Shown: positions 56,279 to 64,000 of the stretch, in pieces
Layout of the letters: every line of letters starts with the position of its first letter
Numbering within the stretch: position 1 is the first letter of the stretch
Assembly: GCA_040755995.1 (NCBI GenBank)
Contig: JBFMAF010000010.1
Span: 1 to 64,000 of the forward strand
Reading direction: 5' to 3'
Source of the DNA: Acidobacteriota bacterium
GTDB lineage: Bacteria; Acidobacteriota; CAIWXX01
Length of the DNA stretch: 64,000 nucleotides
Notes under the pieces: generated by a model
Told to the model about the DNA's origin: nothing
The model's database searches: none
Seen by the model: only the letters and a program-made list of their open reading frames with translations
Program-made: the position numbers and the translations under genes

Positions 56279-58468
56279 TCAGTAGAGCACGCCGGCGGTC
56301 GGGCTTCCTTCTATGTCGTGTCCGCCGGGGTAGGTGCCGGTGAAGTCCACCGAGGGCCACTGGTCCCAAGCGTTGCCCACCGCGGTGACGAGCTGATTGC
56401 CGACGTTCCTCAGATTCGCCTGGCCGGTTGCGAGGTTGTGGAACGTGTTGCCGCCGGGGCTGCCTGCGGTGCCGAAATCGGCGGCCGACTCGATCGAATA
56501 TGCGCCCACCAAAGTGCAGCCTGTCACCGAATTATTCCTGAAAGTCACCGGGCTCTGAATCAGGTATATTCCTACCTGGTAGCTTCCAGCCACGGAGTTC
56601 CCCGTGATCAGACTGCCCGCGTCAAGTCCACCTAGCTGCATCGCGATGTTCTGTATCGCGCTGTTGGCAGCAGAGGCGAATGCGCTGCCGGTCACAGATA
56701 TTGGGCCGGCACCCAGTGCTGAGAAGCTCAAGTCGGTGGCGCTGGAGGCGAGGAAGCTGGTATTGCTGATGGTCGTGGTCTGGTCGCTGGTCCCACCTGC
56801 TCCAAACCAGTTCCATCGGAATGCGCACCCGTCTATTGTCGTTGTGCAGTGGTTTTCGGCGCGGACGCCATAGAGAAGGGCGGCTTCGATTGTGCTGCTC
56901 TGTAGCTGCAGGGAGCCCGTCCCGACCACCTGGATGGTATTGTAGCTGAACGCAAGCGCTCGGATGCCGGCGATAGTTGCCGCCACGTCTTCGATCCAGA
57001 CGCCAAACTGCCCGCCTCCCATGAGCCCGATCGCTTTCAGAGCACTGCCGTTGCCCGCGACGAACATCACGTTTCGATCCAGAGCCAGCAGCGGTGAGTG
57101 GTAGGTCCCGCCTCCATAAACGGTCGTGCTGTTCTGTCCGGCACCTTGAACAATCACCCCTGTGGGGACCATTAGCGGGAAGGTCTCGCCGGTCGACTCA
57201 GCGTAATACCCTGATGCGATCGACACGGTCGTCCCTCCTGTGGCAACCGACAGTCCCTTGGTGATGGTCTTGAAGGGCTTGTCGAGCGTTCCATCGCCCG
57301 TGGTATCGTTGCCTCGGTTTACGTCGACGTAGACGGTCCCGGCACCTCCTGTCACGGTCACTCTTGCAGAGTCGACCGCCGCCAGCCCGTCCGCGTCCAG
57401 AACGCTGATCGTGTAGATAATGCTGGCACCGGGGCTGACTGAGAGCGAACCGTTCACGGGGACGTCGCCGATTCCGTTATCGATCTTCGCCGAGACGGCG
57501 TGGGCGGAGGTCCATTGCAGGGTCGAGCTCCCGCCGATCGAGATCGTGTCCGGCGTCGCGGACAGGTTAACGCTGACTCGGGTTGTGCCGAGCAGGCTGT
57601 TGATCACGTCCAGAGCAAGCAGTCTCAGTGACTGGCGGGAGGCGGCGGAGAGCCTGCTGTCATCGGCGGTCTTGAGATACCGGATGAGGAGCTGCAGCTG
57701 CCTCACTGCGCCGCGGATGTTCCCGCCGTCGTAAGCGTTCTCAGAGCGGCTCACCCATCTCTCAAGGCGGCGCCTGGTGGAGGTACTCATCGCGGCAGAC
57801 TTGACTGCATTCTTGAGCGCGCCGTAGTCGGTGACCGGCTTCGCATCCCCGTAGAACAACGGCCTTCCAGGAAGCTCGGTGTCCGCCGCATGGCTCCGCG
57901 CGTGCTCGAACCGGCCGGCGCCGTCGCCTGCTGCAGTCGAGATGGAACGGTCGAAGTAGTTGGCGGAGGCAATGTCCAGCTGACCGTCCCCGTTGTAGTC
58001 GCGGACGGCGAGAGAGACTGGGCCCTGCTCGACCTGGATCCTGGATGCCAGCCTATAGCTCCCGTCCGTCCGGCTGACGAACGCCTCGATGTAAGATCCG
58101 ATGAAATCGGCTACCGCGAAGTCGTCGACACCGTCGTGGTTGAAGTCGCCAACAACCACATCCGAGATCGCTCCGCTGATCGGAATCTTCTGCAAGATTC
58201 GTGGAGCTGTGCGGTCCAGCCCATCCTCGCCGCTACCAGCGGCGTATACATTTACCGAGTTCCAGAAGAAGTTCGCGACGACCGTGGCGAACTGCCCGGT
58301 TTCACCGGGACTGCCGGCCGGAGGCGTCTGCCGATACAGACCACTGCTTTGAACCGGCGCCCATGACTCGGAAAACTCGACCGATTGTACTGCACCAAAC
58401 GAGAGCGTTGATGCCAGAGTCAGTGCACCAACGGTACCACCGAACACGTACGTCTTCATCTCAATCAC
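56279..58468 (-). CDS. secreted protein: FG-GAP repeats, helical domain, Ig-like domain, DUF1565/right-handed beta-helix
   Basis: GDFNHDGVDDFAVA, DYNGDGQLDIASAN, VYVD...GND...DGTLDKPFKTIT, GETFPL. Confidence 0.82.
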   Translation of the reverse strand: MIEMKTYVFGGTVGALTLASTLSFGAVQSVEFSESWAPVQSSGLYRQTPPAGSPGETGQFATVVANFFWNSVNVYAAGSGEDGLDRTAPRILQKIPISGAISDVVVGDFNHDGVDDFAVADFIGSYIEAFVSRTDGSYRLASRIQVEQGPVSLAVRDYNGDGQLDIASANYFDRSISTAAGDGAGRFEHARSHAADTELPGRPLFYGDAKPVTDYGALKNAVKSAAMSTSTRRRLERWVSRSENAYDGGNIRGAVRQLQLLIRYLKTADDSRLSAASRQSLRLLALDVINSLLGTTRVSVNLSATPDTISIGGSSTLQWTSAHAVSAKIDNGIGDVPVNGSLSVSPGASIIYTISVLDADGLAAVDSARVTVTGGAGTVYVDVNRGNDTTGDGTLDKPFKTITKGLSVATGGTTVSIASGYYAESTGETFPLMVPTGVIVQGAGQNSTTVYGGGTYHSPLLALDRNVMFVAGNGSALKAIGLMGGGQFGVWIEDVAATIAGIRALAFSYNTIQVVGTGSLQLQSSTIEAALLYGVRAENHCTTTIDGCAFRWNWFGAGGTSDQTTTISNTSFLASSATDLSFSALGAGPISVTGSAFASAANSAIQNIAMQLGGLDAGSLITGNSVAGSYQVGIYLIQSPVTFRNNSVTGCTLVGAYSIESAADFGTAGSPGGNTFHNLATGQANLRNVGNQLVTAVGNAWDQWPSVDFTGTYPGGHDIEGSPTAGVLY

Positions 58469-58827
58469 CCTCTTACTCGCGTGGCCCCGACACGGGCCGT
58501 TAGTCTATTCGTCGAAGCCGACGAGTGCCTGGAATGACCTCCTGCCAGGGTATTCTCGGCCCGGCCATCGGATCTCCAGGAACCGTCGGAGGTATCTCAA
58601 TTCCTACTGCCGGACCGGAGTATAACTGCCCGCTGAACGGCTGTCAATGCACTGCCCTCAGAGACACAAGACATCAGGAGCCCCTGGACTCATGGAATGC
58701 AGCCCCCAAGACGTCAGGACGGACAACGGACAGCTGGTTCCTTGCCGGACGAACGGTATGCCTGTAGAGTAGTGCGTATGTCCGGGAAGCCGGTCAAGCC
58801 AAGGCAACGCGGGACAGGGGAGAGACG

Positions 58828-60135
58828 ATGAAATCACTTCAGGCCACCACGACAACCCTTGCGGCGGCGCTGCTCTGCGCGATTCTCGCGCCGCCCTTGG
58901 CACAGCTTCAGGAGTCCGGAGACCACTGGGCAGCTGAGTCACCGGAGAGTACCGATCGGCTGATGGATCCGGCGCGACTGGAGCGCCTCAGTGAGCTGGC
59001 GCAAGAGTACGCCGCGCGCGTGCCTCCCGCGGCTTCACACGGAGCTCCGAGCCCCAGGCTCCAGGCCCTGGCATCCGCGGTCAACGTCGATGAGATGATG
59101 GCGCTGCTTCGCGCGATATCAGTGGACATTCCCACGCGTTACTGGAGCACCGCCGGGATGGAGTCGGCCACGCAGTACATGCTCGATCGCTTCGACGAGT
59201 TTCAACTTGATCGTGCTTACTTCGATCCCATCACAGAGGGGTCGACGATCCGGAACGTCGTCGGCGTCAAGCTCGGGCGGTCCACACCGGAGCGGATCTA
59301 CATCGTCGGTGGCCACCTGGACTCGTATTCACCGGAGCGGATGACGCTGGCTCCGGGCGCCGAGGACAATGGAACAGGCAGTGCCGGGGTTGCCGAGATC
59401 GCCCGGCTTCTCGCCCCGCTCGAGCTCAGCTCCACAGTGTACTTCGTCTGCTTCACGGCAGAGGAGGGCCCTGGACTCGGCAGCAAGCATCTCTCGCAGA
59501 TCGCCCTGGATGAGAACTGGGACCTCCGAGGAGTCCTCAACATGGACATGGTGGGCTACGATGCGGCTGGGACTCCAGAAATGCTTCTTGAAGGGTTCCC
59601 CAGCGACCCCCGTTCGGTCGCGCTGATGAACGTGGTGGAGGCCACGAGCACGACGTATGGCGGCTTGACGGTGTTGCGATACCCTGACGACGGCTGGGGT
59701 AGCGACCACGTCTCCTTCCACCGGCGAGGCTTCCCGGCGATCATGACCATCGACCTCGACTTCGATCGGTATCCCTGCTACCACCAGACCTGCGACACCA
59801 TTGACAAGATCGACGCCGAGCACTTCCGGCGCATGGTTGCGTCCGTCGCGACGGCCACGGCAAAGCTGGCCGGAGTACGATTCCGGTTCGCTTCCATTGA
59901 GGGGATCGCGGACCGGCGCGACTCTACAGACGACGCGGGTGTCCGGATCGACGTCGCGGGGACGGGATATGAGCCGGTCAGATCTGCGGCTGGCGGCGTG
60001 TTTTCTCTGGCGAACCTCGTGCCAGGCAGCTATACAATCCGGGCGCAGGCGGCCGGTTACAAGACGGCTCAGAGGCGGATCGTGGTCGCGGGCGGCACAG
60101 CCACCAAGGTGAAGCTGTCACTCGCGCCGCAGTGA
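58828..60135 (+). CDS. M28 family metallo-aminopeptidase with C-terminal carboxypeptidase-regulatory-like domain
   Basis: GGHLDS, PGAEDNGTG, AEE, NMDMVG, SDH, YHQTCD. Confidence 0.9.
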   Translation: MKSLQATTTTLAAALLCAILAPPLAQLQESGDHWAAESPESTDRLMDPARLERLSELAQEYAARVPPAASHGAPSPRLQALASAVNVDEMMALLRAISVDIPTRYWSTAGMESATQYMLDRFDEFQLDRAYFDPITEGSTIRNVVGVKLGRSTPERIYIVGGHLDSYSPERMTLAPGAEDNGTGSAGVAEIARLLAPLELSSTVYFVCFTAEEGPGLGSKHLSQIALDENWDLRGVLNMDMVGYDAAGTPEMLLEGFPSDPRSVALMNVVEATSTTYGGLTVLRYPDDGWGSDHVSFHRRGFPAIMTIDLDFDRYPCYHQTCDTIDKIDAEHFRRMVASVATATAKLAGVRFRFASIEGIADRRDSTDDAGVRIDVAGTGYEPVRSAAGGVFSLANLVPGSYTIRAQAAGYKTAQRRIVVAGGTATKVKLSLAPQ

Positions 60136-60201
60136 CGGCCTGAGGACGGCTTCGATCGCGTATTTCGCTTCCTGGGTGGCCTGACTCCGTCCGTCTTTCG
60201 A

Positions 60202-60321
60202 CTACGGTTTCTCTCTCGAAAGCGGCATGGTCATGCAGTGCGGTCCGCCCCACATGTCCGCGAGATACTTGCCCTCCATCCCGGATCGGGGCGCCGGCTG
60301 CTTTGTCGCCGGCGCCGACAT
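60202..60321 (-). pseudogene. remnant with an arginine deiminase/amidinotransferase-like C-terminus
   Basis: ...LADMWGGPHCMTMPLSRE* resembles the GG(P)xCM(S/T)xPLxR catalytic-Cys terminus; rest of gene absent. Confidence 0.5.
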
Positions 60322-60423
60322 CTGATACTCTAACTTCCGCGCGGGACTCGGCGCAATGGAGCGGCGGTTGCTCCACACCCGGGTTAGATTTCGATTCGTG
60401 AGGCTCTTCAAAGGACGCTGATC

Positions 60424-62574
60424 ATGCCACTTTCGATCCAACCTCTGCTGTGTCCTCGATCTATAGCGGTCATCGGCGCATCGAGGAAACGCGGGACAGT
60501 GGGTGGGGAGCTTTTCCACAACCTGCTCGCGTGCGGTTTTAATGGTCCTGTCTACCCGGTGAATCCCGGGGCCGCCGTTGTCCAGTCCATCCGCGCGTAC
60601 CGCGATATCAACGAGGTGCCCGAGACGGTGGACCTGGCGGTGCTGGCGGTACCCGCGATGGCGGCAGTCGAGACGCTCGAGGCCTGCGGCGGGGCGGGTG
60701 TGAAGGCGGCCGTGGTCATTTCGGCCGGCTTCAAGGAGATCGGCGGCGCCGGCATCCAGCGCGAGAAGGAGCTGGCCGAGACGGGGCGCCGTCATGGCAT
60801 GCGGGTGCTGGGCCCCAATTGTCTGGGCGTCCTGAACACGAACCCGGCGGTGCGGATGAATGCTACATTTGTAGAGACTTTTCCGAGCCCTGGACCCGTC
60901 GGCTTCATCTCGCAGAGCGGGGCGCTCGGAGCGGTGGTGCTCGCGCTGGCAGCGCGGCGCAACATCGGGCTCTCTTGTTTCGTCAGCACCGGCAACAAGT
61001 GCGATGTTTCGGGCAACGACCTGCTGGAGTACTGGGAGTACGACCCGCTGACGCGCGTGATCCTGATGTACCTCGAATCGTTCGGGAATCCGCGGCGGTT
61101 CACGCAGATCGCGCGCAGGGTGGGGCAGCTCAAACCGATCATCGCCGTCAAGAGCGGGCGGACGCAATCGGGAATATCCGCGGCGGCCTCGCACACCGGC
61201 GCGCTGGCCGGAACGGACATCGGCGCGGACGCGCTCTTCCGGCAGGCCGGCGTCATCCGCGTGGATACGATCGAGGAGATGTTCGACACGGCCATGGTGC
61301 TGGCGAGCCAGCCGGTGCCGAGGGGAAGGCGGGTCGGCATCGTGACCAACGCGGGTGGACCGGGTATTCTCGCCAGCGATGCGTGCGAGAGCCTTGGACT
61401 GGAGATCCCGCCGCTGTCCAGGAGTACGGTGGAGGAGCTGCGGGAGTTCTTGCCGGAGGAGGCGAGCTTGAGAAATCCGGTGGACATGATCGCCTCGGCC
61501 ACGGCCGAGCACTATGGCCGCGCGGCTTCGTCTCTACTCCGCGATCCAAACGTGGATTCGTTGCTGGTCATCTTCGTTCCGCCTCTGATGGTGGAGACCA
61601 AGGACGTGGCCAGGGCCATCGGTGGAGCTGCGAGGCAGTCGCCGAAACCCGTCTTGTCGTGCTACATGGGAGCCTATGGTTTCCCGGCCGGGCTGTGGGG
61701 GGAGGGGGACGAGCAGGTACGGATTCCATCGTATCGTTTCCCCGAGTCCGCCGCCAAGGCGCTGTGTCACGCCGTTGCCTACGGACAGTGGCTGGGTGTC
61801 GCCAATAGCCCCGTGCCCGGGGTCCTGGTGGAGGCACCGGCGGTCCGTTCGACCGTGCTGAAGTTGCGGGAGGCGCTGGCGATGGAGAAAGAACCCGTTT
61901 GGTTGGACGCCTCCGACGTACCCCAGCTGCTCACCGCATACGGGATTCAGGTGCCCCAATCGGCAGTGGCGGCTTCTGCCGAGCATGCCGTGACGATCGC
62001 GCAGGAAATGGGCTTCCCCGTCGCGCTCAAAGTAGTTTCCGACAAGGCGATACACAAGACCGACATCGGCGGCGTGGTGCTTGATCGTAGAGGTCCGGAA
62101 GAGGTGCGCAGCGCGTACGATATCATCATGGAAAAGGCGAATGCCGCCGGGATCGCAGATCAGCTCTCGGGCGTCATGGTCCAGCGTTACGTGAGCGAGG
62201 GCATCGAGGCCGTCGTCGGCATGGTGCAGGACCCGTCCTTCGGCCCACTGATCATGTTCGGCCTCGGCGGAGCCTACGTTGAGCTGGTGAAGGACGTCGT
62301 CTTCCGCCTCCACCCTCTCACCTCCCACGACATCGAATCGATGATCGGAGAGGTCCGTGCCGCGAAGCTCCTCGATGGCTACAGGGGCGCTCCGCCCGCG
62401 GACGTGGCGGCGCTCCGTGACCTCCTGGCCCGCGTGAGCCGCATGATCACCGACCTGCCGGAGCTGCTGGAGATGGATCTGAACCCGGTGAAGATCCTTC
62501 CTGTGGGACAAGGCTGCGTGGCAGTCGACGCACGCATCCGGCTGGGCAGGCCCCAGGCACCCGCCCGTCGATAA
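60424..62574 (+). CDS. ADP-forming acetate/acyl-CoA ligase (alpha-beta fused)
   Basis: PRSIAVIGAS, GPNCLG, SQSGALG, ASHTG, TNAGGPG, NPVD, HKTDIGGV, DLNPV; no GNAT domain. Confidence 0.92.
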   Translation: MPLSIQPLLCPRSIAVIGASRKRGTVGGELFHNLLACGFNGPVYPVNPGAAVVQSIRAYRDINEVPETVDLAVLAVPAMAAVETLEACGGAGVKAAVVISAGFKEIGGAGIQREKELAETGRRHGMRVLGPNCLGVLNTNPAVRMNATFVETFPSPGPVGFISQSGALGAVVLALAARRNIGLSCFVSTGNKCDVSGNDLLEYWEYDPLTRVILMYLESFGNPRRFTQIARRVGQLKPIIAVKSGRTQSGISAAASHTGALAGTDIGADALFRQAGVIRVDTIEEMFDTAMVLASQPVPRGRRVGIVTNAGGPGILASDACESLGLEIPPLSRSTVEELREFLPEEASLRNPVDMIASATAEHYGRAASSLLRDPNVDSLLVIFVPPLMVETKDVARAIGGAARQSPKPVLSCYMGAYGFPAGLWGEGDEQVRIPSYRFPESAAKALCHAVAYGQWLGVANSPVPGVLVEAPAVRSTVLKLREALAMEKEPVWLDASDVPQLLTAYGIQVPQSAVAASAEHAVTIAQEMGFPVALKVVSDKAIHKTDIGGVVLDRRGPEEVRSAYDIIMEKANAAGIADQLSGVMVQRYVSEGIEAVVGMVQDPSFGPLIMFGLGGAYVELVKDVVFRLHPLTSHDIESMIGEVRAAKLLDGYRGAPPADVAALRDLLARVSRMITDLPELLEMDLNPVKILPVGQGCVAVDARIRLGRPQAPARR

Positions 62575-62619
62575 CAGGCGAACGGCCTGATCGGAGGAAC
62601 CCTCTCCCGCTCCGCCTCG

Positions 62620-63087
62620 TCAGATCCGGTCCCAGTCCCAGATGCTGTAGCGAGTGGGCGAGTCGAGCGCGTGGCCGCATTGTTTGAGGGTGAGGAGGAT
62701 ATTGCCGCGATGATGACTCTCGTGGGAGATCAGGTACGCGACCATCGGTATGAGGCCACGCTTGAGGGTCCGGACGCGTTCTGAGCCTTCGTAAGCGAGA
62801 CGAAACCACTGCTCGATGCGCCCCGAGGAATCCTCCAGAGCGGCCGCGAGGGTTCGGCGGTCCGGCTCCTCGTAGGTGGCGAAGGTGCGAAGTCCTTTCG
62901 CGAGGTGCTTCGCGCGGCTCGTGAGCTGGTAGACACGGACGTTTTGCAGGTGCGCGAACTGGCGCACGACGTTGCGGCCGCCCCGCCGTGACAGCGTGCA
63001 TTGCATGCCTGCGTCGCTGATCCGCTCGATGAGCCGGATGTCGATCCGATTGTTGATGCGCCAGGCCTCCAAGATCTGTTCAATCAT
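62620..63087 (-). CDS. DinB family protein
   Basis: QFAHL...YLISHESHHRG. Confidence 0.85.
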   Translation of the reverse strand: MIEQILEAWRINNRIDIRLIERISDAGMQCTLSRRGGRNVVRQFAHLQNVRVYQLTSRAKHLAKGLRTFATYEEPDRRTLAAALEDSSGRIEQWFRLAYEGSERVRTLKRGLIPMVAYLISHESHHRGNILLTLKQCGHALDSPTRYSIWDWDRI

Positions 63088-64000
63088 CTGTCACACTCCT
63101 GCTAAACGACGCGTCCTGGTACGCCACGCGGCACTCGAAGAACGTCAGCAGCACCCTGGCGCTGCCGATCTCGGTGGCGGGGATCTCGAACAGATTCTTG
63201 TCGAGGACTACGAGATCGGCCCACTTGCCGACTTCGATGGAGCCTGTCTCCTTCTCGAGGAAGTTGGCGTAGGCGCCGTTGATCGTGAAGCTGCGGATCA
63301 TCTGGTCCAGCGTCGCGCGCTCGGCCGGCCACAGCACATCTTCGGCGCGATTCGCTCCGGCTCGCGCGCGCGTGATCCCAGTCTGAATGCCCATGAGCGG
63401 GTCGCACGGAATCGTCACGGGATAGTCGCTGGCCGAGGCCACCGCGACGCCCGCTTTGAAGAAGCTTTCCATCGGGTACTCCTCGTCAGCACGTGGCAGT
63501 CCGAGGAAGGGCACTTGCAGATTCGTGTAGTAGTCGTCTTTCATGAACCAGAACGGCTGAGGAACGGCGATCGCACGCAGGTCGCGAAAGCGCAGAACGT
63601 CTGCCGGCGAGACGAGCTGGAGGTGCGTGATGAGCGGCCGCGCATCCCGCCTGCCGTTCGCCGCGGCAGCATGAGCAATCGCATCCAGAGCCATGGCCGC
63701 GGCGGCATCGCCGATGGCATGGAAGTGAAGCTGGAAGCCATCGCGGTCAAGGGCCGTGCATGCGGCGCCGAGCGCATCCGCTGTCCAGAGCGGCGCACCG
63801 CGGAATCCCGGCCGGTGCTGGTAGGGCTCCTTCAGATACGCGGTTACCCCCTCTACAACACCGTCGACGAAGATCTTGGCCGCTCGCGTCTGGAAGTACG
63901 GCCCGGTATGAGCATCGCGCTCCGCCACGAGCTCCTTCACCTGTGCGACGCCCTTGTCGGGATCGACGTAGAGTGACGCCCGGAATCTCATTCGCAGCCG
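63080..64000 (-). CDS. amidohydrolase (YtcJ/Amidohydro_3-like), 5' end outside the window
   Basis: KIFVDG, HFHAIGDAA, THLQ, ASDYPV, TINGAYA, GSIEVGKWADLVVLD. Confidence 0.92.
   Translation of the reverse strand, partial: RLRMRFRASLYVDPDKGVAQVKELVAERDAHTGPYFQTRAAKIFVDGVVEGVTAYLKEPYQHRPGFRGAPLWTADALGAACTALDRDGFQLHFHAIGDAAAAMALDAIAHAAAANGRRDARPLITHLQLVSPADVLRFRDLRAIAVPQPFWFMKDDYYTNLQVPFLGLPRADEEYPMESFFKAGVAVASASDYPVTIPCDPLMGIQTGITRARAGANRAEDVLWPAERATLDQMIRSFTINGAYANFLEKETGSIEVGKWADLVVLDKNLFEIPATEIGSARVLLTFFECRVAYQDASFSRSVTDD

Overview
GC-rich bacterial chromosomal window. Gene content (carboxypeptidase-domain TonB receptor, TPR-sulfatase, Uma2) suggests Acidobacteriota or a similar lineage, but this is inference only. 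There are four parts. (1) 1-23650 is an accessory/defence island abutting the 3' end of tRNA-His (23653-23730). It carries a pemIK toxin-antitoxin pair bracketed by 72-bp direct repeats, a tyrosine recombinase with a 14-6-14 palindromic site, an orphan minimal nucleotidyltransferase, an unusual tRNA-Ile with a UAU anticodon, a NACHT-FGE protein, a TIR-like protein, and a DISARM-like operon (1748-aa helicase-DUF1998-nuclease, SNF2 helicase, AlbA_2 protein, frameshifted methyltransferase). (2) 23853-29524 holds envC, an S41-like gene, a YibQ-like gene, ppk2 and an AAA gene. (3) 29842-46174 is a non-flagellar type III secretion cluster (sctJ,K?,L,N,O,P,Q,fliO-like,R,S,T,U,V) with no secretin, needle or translocon gene in the window. 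It has an FHA domain fused to SctQ and two extra FHA membrane proteins. Its spacers contain 7/8-mer tandem-repeat tracts that form mutually complementary, nested pairs across the transcript. (4) 46586-64000 holds a TonB receptor, Uma2, TPR proteins, a sulfatase, an FHA-FHA-lytic transglycosylase, a secreted beta-helix protein, an M28 peptidase, an ADP-forming acyl-CoA ligase, DinB, an amidohydrolase and two gene remnants. All family calls come from motif recognition by eye, not database searches.
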